Shown here in pieces: positions 18,842 to 27,748 of a DNA stretch of 64,000 nt. Each line of letters opens with the position of its first letter. Within the stretch, counting starts at the first letter, position 1. The position numbers and the translations under genes are program-made. Below the pieces are notes generated by a model. It was given only the letters and a program-made list of their open reading frames with translations. It ran no database searches and had not been told where the DNA came from. The DNA comes from Planctomycetota bacterium. GTDB taxonomy: Bacteria; Planctomycetota; B15-G4; JADJEK01. The DNA lies in NCBI GenBank assembly GCA_044225365.1, contig JBGAIQ010000017.1, positions 55,888 through 119,887 of the forward strand, read 5' to 3'.

Positions 18842-19741
18842 TCAGTGCGAGAGGATGGCCGCGAGCGCCGCGTCGATCGTGGCGTGTCGGAACGAGAACC
18901 CGGCGTCGAGGAGTCGCTTCGGCACGACGCGCTGCCCTCCCAACAACAGTTGTTCGCCCATCTCGCCGAGCAGCAGCTTGATCGCGAACTCGGGTGCGGG
19001 GAACAGCGTGGGGCGGTGCAGCGCACGGCCGAGAGCCTTCGTGAACTCCGCGTTCGTGACGGGATTCGGAGCCACTACGTTGATGGGCCCCGCGAGCGAT
19101 TCGTTCGTGAGCGCGAAGACGATCGCTGCGACGACGTCCTCCAGGGAGACGAAGCTCATGTACTGCTTCCCGCTCCCGAGTCGTCCGCCGAGGCCGAGCT
19201 TGAATGGAAGCAGCATGCGCGGAAGTGCGCCCCCGTCCTTCGAGAGCACGATGCCGAATCGAGTCTGAACGGTCCGGATGCCGGCGCGATGGGCGTATCG
19301 CGTCTCCGCCTCCCAATCGCGACAGATCTCCGCGAGGAATCCCTCGCCCATCGCGGAACCTTCATCGAGGACTTCGTCGCCGCGATCACCGCCGTAGAAG
19401 CCTACCGCCGACGCCGAGACGAGGACCTTCGGCAGAGGCGTGAGTGCGGCGAGGGTCTGGCCGAGGAGCTTCGTCGAGAGCGTGCGGCTCTCGAGCAGAA
19501 CCTTCTTCTTCTCGTCGGTCCAACGACCACTCGCGATGCTCTCTCCCGCAAGGTGCACCGCTGCGTCGAGTCCGGACAGTCGCGTCGCGTCCAGCACGCC
19601 GTTCTGCGGATCCCACTGCACGCTCCTTCCACCCGTGCTCGCTCGACGCGACGCCCTCCACACCTCGTGGCCGGCGCTCTCGAGCGTCCGGACGAGAGTG
19701 GTTCCGACGAGGCCCGTGGCTCCGGTGACGAGGATCTTCAT
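18842..19741 (-). CDS. TIGR01777-family NAD-dependent epimerase/oxidoreductase (DUF1731)
   Basis: KILVTGATGLVG, VHLAGESI, SASAVGFYG, GGRLGSGKQYMS, QRVVPKRLLDAGFSF. Confidence 0.92.
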   Translation of the reverse strand: MKILVTGATGLVGTTLVRTLESAGHEVWRASRRASTGGRSVQWDPQNGVLDATRLSGLDAAVHLAGESIASGRWTDEKKKVLLESRTLSTKLLGQTLAALTPLPKVLVSASAVGFYGGDRGDEVLDEGSAMGEGFLAEICRDWEAETRYAHRAGIRTVQTRFGIVLSKDGGALPRMLLPFKLGLGGRLGSGKQYMSFVSLEDVVAAIVFALTNESLAGPINVVAPNPVTNAEFTKALGRALHRPTLFPAPEFAIKLLLGEMGEQLLLGGQRVVPKRLLDAGFSFRHATIDAALAAILSH

Positions 19742-19775
19742 TCGAGTGTCCTTCTTTCCGTGATCGCCAGGTCCG

Positions 19776-20990
19776 TCACTTCGAGTCGAGTCGATGAGCG
19801 AGGAGGAAGTCGATCGCGCGATCGAGGTGCTCGCCGACGAGGAGCGTGTGTCCGCGCCCGGGAACGGGAACGAATTCGATGTCCTTACCGGCGCGCTCGG
19901 CGCCGCGCTTCACGGACGCGAAGGGAACGATCGAATCCTGCTCTCCGGAGAACAGGAGCGCGGGCGGCAGCGGAGCCGCTCCGATCCCGCCGCCCGAGAA
20001 CGCGACGACCGCTGCGATCTTTGCGCGGTCGAGAGCCGCGAGCGAGAGCGCGGTGCCCGCGCCGAGCGAATGACCGACGAGATAGATGCGCGATCGATCG
20101 ATCCTGTAGTCGCGCGCGACGTCGTCGATGAGTGCGTTCAATCGCTCGAGTCCTCGCTTCCCGGAGAAGGAGTAGGTGAGCGGAGTGATCGCGATGAAGC
20201 CACGTTCCTTCGCGAGCGTCACGAGCCTCCCCGCTCCATACGCGAATCCGAACATGTTCTCGTCGCCGCCCATGCCATGGAACGCGATCACGAGCGGTAA
20301 AGCGGTCCGTTCGCCGCGCGCATCCGTGAGCGATTCGGGCGTGAAGAGGCGGTAGGGGACGATCGAGTTGCTCCCGGGTTTCCACTCTCCGCTCGAATCG
20401 AATGCGCGCCAGATCATCCCCACGCGGCTGTCGTACGGGTTCACTCCCCGCGCGAGCGCAGACACTTCGCCCTTCAAGGCGGATCGCAGATCCACGAGCG
20501 GCTCGACCAGTCGAAAGGTATCGCCATGGAGATCGTCGCGAAGCTTCGCGGCACGAGTGAGCGCGAGTTGGATCGCCGGCAGGAGTGCATGTCCCGCGTC
20601 ACCCTCGCGCAGGGCGGAGGTCCGCAGCAATTCCAGCTTCGACGTGAAAGCGTCTCGCTCTTCCCTCAAGCGATCGGGCGCAACGGGAGCAGGTTCCTCC
20701 GCCTTCGCGGGCGGCGCAGTCTCCCTCGCCGGAGGGAGCTTCGCGATGAGTTCATCGAGTTGCGCCATCGCGGTGTCGGATTGGCCGGCGAAGAACGCGA
20801 GGCTGAGTCGATCGAAGGACGAATCGATCGTCCGCATCGCGGACTCCTCCGGTGGGTGCGCGGCGAGTCGTTGTTCGAACTCGATGAGCCGGCTGCCGAG
20901 CGCGAGTCGATCGTCTTCTGGGTTCTCTTTCGCGATGACGACGGCGACGGTGAGGATGGACGCGGCGACCCACGCGGCGAAGTTCGTCAT
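19776..20990 (-). CDS. secreted alpha/beta hydrolase (esterase/peptidase-like)
   Basis: Signal peptide, LPLVIAFHGMGG, IDRSRIYLVGHSLGA nucleophile elbow, GEQDSIV, GRGH; ATGA-coupled to truB. Confidence 0.82.
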   Translation of the reverse strand: MTNFAAWVAASILTVAVVIAKENPEDDRLALGSRLIEFEQRLAAHPPEESAMRTIDSSFDRLSLAFFAGQSDTAMAQLDELIAKLPPARETAPPAKAEEPAPVAPDRLREERDAFTSKLELLRTSALREGDAGHALLPAIQLALTRAAKLRDDLHGDTFRLVEPLVDLRSALKGEVSALARGVNPYDSRVGMIWRAFDSSGEWKPGSNSIVPYRLFTPESLTDARGERTALPLVIAFHGMGGDENMFGFAYGAGRLVTLAKERGFIAITPLTYSFSGKRGLERLNALIDDVARDYRIDRSRIYLVGHSLGAGTALSLAALDRAKIAAVVAFSGGGIGAAPLPPALLFSGEQDSIVPFASVKRGAERAGKDIEFVPVPGRGHTLLVGEHLDRAIDFLLAHRLDSK

Positions 20991-21907
20991 CGCAGCACCT
21001 TCTTCGGTTGAGCCATTCCGGCCTCGGTAACGAAACCCATCGCGATCAACGTTCCCGTCGCGTCGTGGATCCTGCAGTTCGAACCAGGGATCGCGCCCGA
21101 AGCAGCGGGAATCGGAACCGCGTGCCCGTGATCCACCATGGCGGCTCCCTTCGCATCGACTCGGACCTCGAGAAGATCCTGGAGCCCGCAGGTCGGAGGC
21201 AGCAGGAGGGAGTCGACGCGTCGGTTTGCTGCGGCTTCCTTCAACGCGTCGAGCGTGATCGCATCGTCGATCGTGAATGCGCCCGATCGCAGCCGTCGCA
21301 GCTCTGAGAGGTGCGCGCCGCATCCGAGTGCACGACCCAAGTCGTGCGCGATCGATCGGACGTAGGTCCCCGTCGAACACGTGATGTCGAGAACGGCGCG
21401 CGGCGCGGTGTATTCGACGAGATCGAGCGATCGCACCGTCACGCTCCGCGGCTTCAGGTCGACGGGAATTCCCTTGCGGGCGAGGGAGTGCGCTCGTTTC
21501 CCTTCGACGCGCAGGGCGGACCAGGCGGGCGGAACCTGTTCGATCGTTCCACGGAACGCATCCAATGCGGAACTCAATCGATCGCGCGTGAATTCGACGG
21601 GTTGCCGCTTCGTGATCGCGCCGTCCCGATCGTAGGTCTCGGTCTCCACGCCGAATTCGATCGTCGCGAGATAGCGCTTGTCGTGGCCGAGGAAGTACTC
21701 GGAGAGCCGCGTCGCCACGCCGAGGCAGATCACGAGCACTCCCGATGCGAAGGGATCGAGCGTCCCGGTGTGGCCCGCGCGCGGCTCGTCCGCGATCTTG
21801 CGGACCGCTCGCACGATGTCGTGCGACGTGATGCCGGTCTCCTTGTCGATGACGAGGACCGCGAAGCGCTCGCCGCTCGGCGTCGTGATGGTTCGAGCCT
21901 CAGACAT
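20987..21907 (-). CDS. truB: tRNA pseudouridine(55) synthase
   Basis: IDKETGITSHD, GHTGTLDPFASGVL, QVPPAWSA, CSTGTYVRS, LRRLRSGAF, and a C-terminal PUA-like segment. Confidence 0.95.
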   Translation of the reverse strand: MSEARTITTPSGERFAVLVIDKETGITSHDIVRAVRKIADEPRAGHTGTLDPFASGVLVICLGVATRLSEYFLGHDKRYLATIEFGVETETYDRDGAITKRQPVEFTRDRLSSALDAFRGTIEQVPPAWSALRVEGKRAHSLARKGIPVDLKPRSVTVRSLDLVEYTAPRAVLDITCSTGTYVRSIAHDLGRALGCGAHLSELRRLRSGAFTIDDAITLDALKEAAANRRVDSLLLPPTCGLQDLLEVRVDAKGAAMVDHGHAVPIPAASGAIPGSNCRIHDATGTLIAMGFVTEAGMAQPKKVLR

Positions 21908-22880
21908 GATTGCGCAGCATCAGCTCCTTGGGATGGGGTGCGAGATAGCGTTGGCGTTCGAGGTACGCGATCTGATGCTTCTTCACGTGATGGCGGATCA
22001 GCGTGATCGGGACGATGAGGGGGACGAGCCCTCCGCGATAGTCCTCGATCGCCGTCGCGATCTCATTGCGCTCGGCGTCGTCGACGATGTCCTTGAAGTA
22101 CCCTGCCATGTGCTGGAGTACGTTCGCGTGGCGCCCGCGTGTCGCGCGCCTCTTCAGGGCTTCCATGAAACCGGCTTCGTACTTCGCGCGCAGTTCGTCG
22201 CGTGGGACCTTCTTCGCGTTCGCGACGAGGCGACCGAGTTCCTGGTAGGCCTTCGGTTCGTGGGCGAGGAGCAGCAGCTTCTCGTTGGAGTGGAACTCGA
22301 CGAGATCGCCGATCGTGAACCGCGCGGCGAAGAGATCGGTGACGCGTCGATAGGCGAACACGCGCTCGAAGAAGTTCTCGCGCAGCACGGGATCGTGGAG
22401 TCGCCCCTCCTCCTCGACCGGGAGATGGGGGAAGCGTGCGAGCAGGGCCCGGGCGAAGAGTCCGACGCCGTCCTTGGTCGGCATCGTTCCGCGATAGAGC
22501 TTCACGCGCTCCATGCCGCAGCTCGGGGACTTGGCCTTCAGGATGTAGCCGGAGAGATCGAGCTTCTCGATCCACGGGAGTTTCCTCGCAAGGAACGCGT
22601 TCATCGCGGACGTGCGGTCCGCTCCCGAGGCGGGCTCGACGAGGCGCACGTCTTCGGGCCCCTTCCCGTGGCTCTCGAGGCGAAGGGTCGGTCGCGGCAC
22701 CGAGAGTCCCATCTCGAGCTCCGGGCACACCCCGACGAACTTCACGAAGGGACCGACGGTCTCGGTCAGGAACGGGTCGTGCTTGTGGCCGCCGTCGTAA
22801 CGCACGGCCTCGCCGAGCAGGCACGAGGAGATTCCGATGCGGATCTCGTCGCCTGCGACCGGAGCAGTCGGCTTGGTCAC
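21900..22880 (-). CDS. ybgA: DUF523 + DUF1722 protein (YbgA; TudS/RudS-type thiouridine desulfidase)
   Basis: GISSCLLGEAVRYDGGHK, VCPELEMG, KAKSPSCG, EEEGRLHD, HANVLQHMAGYFK, C-terminal YLAPHPKELMLRNHV. Confidence 0.9.
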   Translation of the reverse strand: MTKPTAPVAGDEIRIGISSCLLGEAVRYDGGHKHDPFLTETVGPFVKFVGVCPELEMGLSVPRPTLRLESHGKGPEDVRLVEPASGADRTSAMNAFLARKLPWIEKLDLSGYILKAKSPSCGMERVKLYRGTMPTKDGVGLFARALLARFPHLPVEEEGRLHDPVLRENFFERVFAYRRVTDLFAARFTIGDLVEFHSNEKLLLLAHEPKAYQELGRLVANAKKVPRDELRAKYEAGFMEALKRRATRGRHANVLQHMAGYFKDIVDDAERNEIATAIEDYRGGLVPLIVPITLIRHHVKKHQIAYLERQRYLAPHPKELMLRNHV

Positions 22881-24322
22881 GGGGAATCACTCTGGCGCGC
22901 GAGTTCGTCCATGCGAGCAATGTAGCGCTTCGAGTCGAACTTCCTGCCCGTGCTCGCGAGAGTCATCGGGCGAATCGTGCCGGTGACCCTGCGCCCCGGA
23001 GCGAACGGCCGGTCGTGCTTGCCCGCGATCGCCCACGCGATGCCGGCGTAGCCGTTCGGATCGCGGCCATCGAGCTCGAACCGGTCGTTCCACTGCACTG
23101 CGAGTGCGTAGGCCTCCTCGGGTGACTTGCACCACTCCAGGAGTTTCTTGCCCCAGTACATCCGCATGTGATTGTGCATGTAGCCGGTGAGACGCATCTC
23201 GTTCTGCGCCGCGTTCCACAAGGGGTCCGGGGTGCGGCCGAACAAGAGTTCGTCCGTCGTCAGGTCGTAGGGTCGCTCGTCGAGTCGTCGCTCGTCCAGA
23301 GTCTTCTTCGCCCAATCGGCGGCGCATTCGAAGCGATCGTAGTCGGGATTCCGAAGAACGAAGTTGATGGCGAGCTCGCGACGCACGATGAGCTGCTCGA
23401 GGAAGGCGGCGCGCGCCTCGGCGGGCGCGTCCGCTTCCATGACGCGCAATGCGATCGCCCGCGGTCCGAGATGTCCGAAGTGCAAGTACATGGAGAGGCG
23501 GCTCGTACCGTCCTCGATCTCCGGCTTGTTCCGCGTCTCGACGTAACGAGCGAGTCCGCCTGCGAGGAATCGTTCGAGCACCGCGAGGCCGGCCGCGGAT
23601 CCGCCCTTGTATCGGCCGCTCGGGGGAACGCTGCGGTCGACGGGAAACTTCGCGAGGACCTCCATTGGTTCGAGCTTCGACGACTTCGGCGCGCTCGTTC
23701 TCGTGAACGGCGTGGTCACACGCGTCTCTTTGGTCGCAACGAGCCAAGTCGGGAGCAGGCGCTGGATCTTCGGCCGAATCGTGTACGCGGCCCACTCCTC
23801 TTTCTCGAGGAGGGAGGTCGGCACGACGACGTCGGCGTCGATCGTGACGAGCGGGACGGAGAGACGTGCCGCGGCGGTCGCGCGCCAGGCTCGAGTCTCC
23901 TTCAGCGGATTCTCGTCGCCGATCACGAGCGCTGCGTCGATCTCACGGGCGAAGTCGTCGATCCGATGCTCGGGATGAGTGCGAAAGACGAACGTGGCTC
24001 CGCGGGCCTCGACGTCGCGCCGAACGTCGCCGATTCCTTCGAACAGGAAGGTGTAGGCGCGCAGCGTTGCGCGCGGGAAGAACGGCAGGGGGGCGAGGAA
24101 CACCGCAAGCGGGAGCTTCAGCTCGTTCGCCGCGAAGATCGCAGCATCGAGGGCGGGATTGTCGAACCCACGCTGCGCACGCTGCATCCAGTACACGACG
24201 GCGGCGCCATTCGGATTCACGGGTCGTTCGTTTCGAACCCACGCTCGGGCGTGCGAGGTGATGCGCGCGAACCAGCCGCTATGCGGCGGCGTTCGAGAGG
24301 AGTCGTTTCGACCGTCGTTCAT
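22877..24322 (-). CDS. phr: CPD photolyase, class II
   Basis: VVYWMQRAQRGFDNPAL, SRLSMYLHFG, FLEQLIVRREL, GYMHNHMRMYWGKKLLEW, LDGRDPNGYAGIAW. The start is uncertain. Confidence 0.92.
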   Translation of the reverse strand: MNDGRNDSSRTPPHSGWFARITSHARAWVRNERPVNPNGAAVVYWMQRAQRGFDNPALDAAIFAANELKLPLAVFLAPLPFFPRATLRAYTFLFEGIGDVRRDVEARGATFVFRTHPEHRIDDFAREIDAALVIGDENPLKETRAWRATAAARLSVPLVTIDADVVVPTSLLEKEEWAAYTIRPKIQRLLPTWLVATKETRVTTPFTRTSAPKSSKLEPMEVLAKFPVDRSVPPSGRYKGGSAAGLAVLERFLAGGLARYVETRNKPEIEDGTSRLSMYLHFGHLGPRAIALRVMEADAPAEARAAFLEQLIVRRELAINFVLRNPDYDRFECAADWAKKTLDERRLDERPYDLTTDELLFGRTPDPLWNAAQNEMRLTGYMHNHMRMYWGKKLLEWCKSPEEAYALAVQWNDRFELDGRDPNGYAGIAWAIAGKHDRPFAPGRRVTGTIRPMTLASTGRKFDSKRYIARMDELARQSDSP

Positions 24323-24340
24323 ATAGGATTCACGGTTCCG

Positions 24341-27300
24341 ATGAAGACTCGAACCGCATACCTCTCGTTCCTGTGGGTACTCGCACTCGTGGCGCACGCA
24401 TTCTCGCAGGATGGTGCGAGCGACGCGAAGGCCCGTTTCACTTCGGACTCCGTCAAGGCTTGGATGCAGGCGGCGGAATCCGCGCCGAATCTGCCGGAGA
24501 CGACGAAGGGGCAACTGAAGGCGGCGTGGCAGAAGTCGCTCGTCGATCTCCAGCGGGCCGACGAGAGCAAGCGGCGCGCGGATGGACTGAAGCAGAAGAC
24601 GGCCAGCGCTGCCGAGGACGCGGCCGCGGCCGACAAGGCCCTCGAGGAGTTCGCCAAGCAGTCCGTGTCGTTCGCCGAGATCGACGGGCTCACCGATCCA
24701 TCGAAGATCGAGTCTCGCCTCGCGACGGCCGAGGCGGACGCCGCGCAGAAGGCTGCCCAGGTCACCACGCTCGAGAACGAAGCTCGTTCGCGGGAGGACC
24801 GCCGGAAGCAGATTCCGTCGCTGCGCGACGTCGAGCAGGCGCGTCTCGAGGAGGCTCGGCAGAAACTCGCCGGCGCCGCGCCCGCGGTCGATCCGCTCGA
24901 TCCGGCGTTTGCGCTCTTCGTGCAGTGGAACGCGCAGCGACTCGCGGCGGAGGCCGAACTCGCGAGCCTCGATCTCGAGGTCCCGAGCTACGACGCGAGG
25001 TCGCGCCTCCTGCGCACCGAGACCGATCGCGCCCATCTCGAGGTCGAACGGCAGAACGCCCTCGTCGAGCGACTTCGCAAGGTGCTGCAGGATGCTCGCG
25101 CCAGGGAAGCCGCCGACGAGAAGAAGAAGGCCGAGGAAGCGGCGCACAAGCAGAACGATCATCCATTGCTCGCAGAAGCCGCACGCGAGAACCTCGCGAT
25201 CGTGAAGCGCCGTACCGATCCGGACGGCTACGTCGCCAAGATCGAGAAAGCCACGAACCTCCTCGCAGAACTCAAGAAGAAGGCGCAGGAACAGCAGGAA
25301 CGGTTCGAGCAGGCGAAGAACTACATCGACACGGTGGGCCTCTCCGACGAGCTCGCCCAGGTCCTGCAGCAGCCGGCGGAGAGCAAGGCGACGACGCGCG
25401 ATCACATCAAGGCGATCGAGGAGCGGGATCAGCAACTCAGTGAACTGGGCTTCGCCCGCATCGCTCTCGAACGCCAGCGTCGCGAGGTGCGCGATCCCAC
25501 CGGCGCGGCGCGCGCGAGCTTCGAGGGGTACACGCGCAACCTCGACCAGATCGACTACACGGATCTCGTCGAGCGCAAGATCGACAAGAAACTGGAGGAT
25601 CTCTTCGTCGCCCGCCGCGAAGCGCTCGACGACGCAATCGACGACATCGGCCGGCTGACGCGTATCGACCTCGAGCTGAACGAGACCGAGCGCAAGCTCA
25701 TCGACTTGACGAATCAATACAGCGAGTACGTCGACGCGCGCGTCGTGTGGTTGCGCAACACGTCGGTGCTCGGCCCGTCCGACCTCCTCGTCGCGCTCGA
25801 CCGCGCTCGTCGTCTTCCGCTCGAAGAGCATCCGATCGAGACGATGGTCGAACTCGGCAAGGACGTCGCGCAACACTGGCCGTACTACGTGGGCTTCCTC
25901 GTCGGTGTCGGACTCCTGATGCACTATCGCCGCCGGATGCGCGAGAAGTATCGCACGGTCGACGTCAACGAGGTCGGGTTCCTGAATGCGGCGAAGCCGA
26001 TCTTCTACGGCGTCCTCGAAGCCCTGTTCGCAACGCTCCCCGTCGTCCTCGCGTTCGAGTTCGTGGCGCGTCGCTGCCTGCAGCTCACGGGCAACGATCC
26101 GGCGCGGGCGGTGGCGCAGTCTCTCCGTCATGGAATGGCGATCGTCTTCCCGCTCTTCCTGCTGCTGCGCCTCATGTGGCGCGATGGACTGTTCGAACGC
26201 CACCTCGGATGGCTCCCCGAGTCGCTCACGCGTCTGCGGCACCTGACCCGTGGCTACATCTACGCCGTCGTTCCGCTGCTCTGCATCTACTACTACTTCG
26301 TCGCGCGTCCCACGCTCGACCCGAGCGAGCCCCTCGCCCGTCTCTGCTTCATCGCGGCACTGATCGCGACGTCGGTGTTCGGGTTCTCGATGGCGAAGCC
26401 CGCGATCGCCACTCTGCAGGTCATCGCGAAGGGCGACCCCGGCCGCATCATGCTGCGGCGGATCATCCTCATCGGGCTCATCGGTTACGGCCCAATCGTG
26501 ATCGCGGCGCTCTCGGCCTACGGCTACCACACGACGGCCCACCGGCTGTTCGAGCGGTTGTACCCCACGACCGTCGTCATCGCGGCGATCCTGATCATCA
26601 TCCAGCTCTTCGATGCGTGGTTCTACATGGCTCGCCGCGCGGAGGCGCTCGCGCGTCTGCGCAAACGCCGCGAGGAACTGATCGAGCAACAGAAGGCGCT
26701 CGCCGAGAAGTCGGGCAAGAAGGACCCACCCGACGGCGCGGTCGAGATGCCGGCGCTCGAAGTGAACGAGATCGACTTGCGCAAGATCAATGCCCAAGCG
26801 CGCGAACTCGTCCGTGGAACGAGCGCCGCGATCTTCCTCGTCGCCCTCTGGTTCATCTGGCAGGACGTCCTTCCGGCGCTTCGAGTGCTCGATACGGTCA
26901 CGTTGTGGGAGGTGAAGCAAACTGTCGGAACGGCCGTCGTCGCGCGCGCGATCACGCTCGTCGATCTCATCGGTGCGCTCGTGACCTTGACGCTCTCGTG
27001 GATGATCGCGCGCAACGTCCCGAGTCTTTTCGAAGCGCTCGTTCTCTCGAACCTCCCGATCGATGCGGGGGCGCGCTACGCGATCGTCACCCTGATGCGC
27101 TACGTCATCACGCTCGTCGGTATCGCGCTCATCTTCGAGCGCCTCGGCGTCGGCTGGGAGGACTTCCAATGGCTCGTGGCCGCGATCTCCGTCGGCCTTG
27201 GTTTCGGCCTGCAGGAGATCTTCGGCAACTTCGTCTCGGGCATCATCCTCTTGTTCGAGCGTCCATTGCGCGTCGGCGACACGGTGACGGTTTCCGGAGT

Positions 27301-27748
27301 CTCCGGCCTCGTCACGAAGATCCGCATGCGCGCGACGACGATCCTCGACGGCGACAACAAGGAGCACATCATCCCGAACAAGAACATGATCACGGGTTCG
27401 GTCGTGAACTGGGTGCTCTCGTCGCCGACGATTCGAGTGCAGTTCGACATCAGCGTCGCGTACGGCACCGATACTCGCAAGGTCGAGCAACTCCTCGTCG
27501 CGATCGCGCGCTCGCACGCCGAAGTCGTCGACGAGCCCGCGCCGGGCGTGGTGTTCACGGGATTCGGGGAGAGCTCGCTCGACTTCCAGCTCAGCGCGTT
27601 CGTCCGGTCACCGAGCGTGGCCGGAAAGGTCCGCACGGAGATCAACCGGGCGATCGACGAATCCTTCAAGCGGCAGGGAATCGTGATCCCGTACCCGACC
27701 CAGGAAGTCATCCGGCACGACGGCGAGAAGGATCACTTGCCGGTGTAG
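24341..27748 (+). CDS. MscK/MscM-like large mechanosensitive channel of the MscS family
   Basis: Signal peptide, long periplasmic coiled coil, many transmembrane helices and the MscS core QWLVAAISVGLGFGLQEIFGNFVSGIILLFERPLRVGD...IIPNK...VAYGTD. Confidence 0.92.
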   Translation: MKTRTAYLSFLWVLALVAHAFSQDGASDAKARFTSDSVKAWMQAAESAPNLPETTKGQLKAAWQKSLVDLQRADESKRRADGLKQKTASAAEDAAAADKALEEFAKQSVSFAEIDGLTDPSKIESRLATAEADAAQKAAQVTTLENEARSREDRRKQIPSLRDVEQARLEEARQKLAGAAPAVDPLDPAFALFVQWNAQRLAAEAELASLDLEVPSYDARSRLLRTETDRAHLEVERQNALVERLRKVLQDARAREAADEKKKAEEAAHKQNDHPLLAEAARENLAIVKRRTDPDGYVAKIEKATNLLAELKKKAQEQQERFEQAKNYIDTVGLSDELAQVLQQPAESKATTRDHIKAIEERDQQLSELGFARIALERQRREVRDPTGAARASFEGYTRNLDQIDYTDLVERKIDKKLEDLFVARREALDDAIDDIGRLTRIDLELNETERKLIDLTNQYSEYVDARVVWLRNTSVLGPSDLLVALDRARRLPLEEHPIETMVELGKDVAQHWPYYVGFLVGVGLLMHYRRRMREKYRTVDVNEVGFLNAAKPIFYGVLEALFATLPVVLAFEFVARRCLQLTGNDPARAVAQSLRHGMAIVFPLFLLLRLMWRDGLFERHLGWLPESLTRLRHLTRGYIYAVVPLLCIYYYFVARPTLDPSEPLARLCFIAALIATSVFGFSMAKPAIATLQVIAKGDPGRIMLRRIILIGLIGYGPIVIAALSAYGYHTTAHRLFERLYPTTVVIAAILIIIQLFDAWFYMARRAEALARLRKRREELIEQQKALAEKSGKKDPPDGAVEMPALEVNEIDLRKINAQARELVRGTSAAIFLVALWFIWQDVLPALRVLDTVTLWEVKQTVGTAVVARAITLVDLIGALVTLTLSWMIARNVPSLFEALVLSNLPIDAGARYAIVTLMRYVITLVGIALIFERLGVGWEDFQWLVAAISVGLGFGLQEIFGNFVSGIILLFERPLRVGDTVTVSGVSGLVTKIRMRATTILDGDNKEHIIPNKNMITGSVVNWVLSSPTIRVQFDISVAYGTDTRKVEQLLVAIARSHAEVVDEPAPGVVFTGFGESSLDFQLSAFVRSPSVAGKVRTEINRAIDESFKRQGIVIPYPTQEVIRHDGEKDHLPV

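Noticed and set aside
22877-27748. Mutually overlapping 1546-aa and 1526-aa ORFs suggesting bidirectional coding
   Set aside because: Each is a real gene (photolyase or MscK-like) extended by the stop-free antisense frame of the other; real similarity is confined to the non-overlapping halves.
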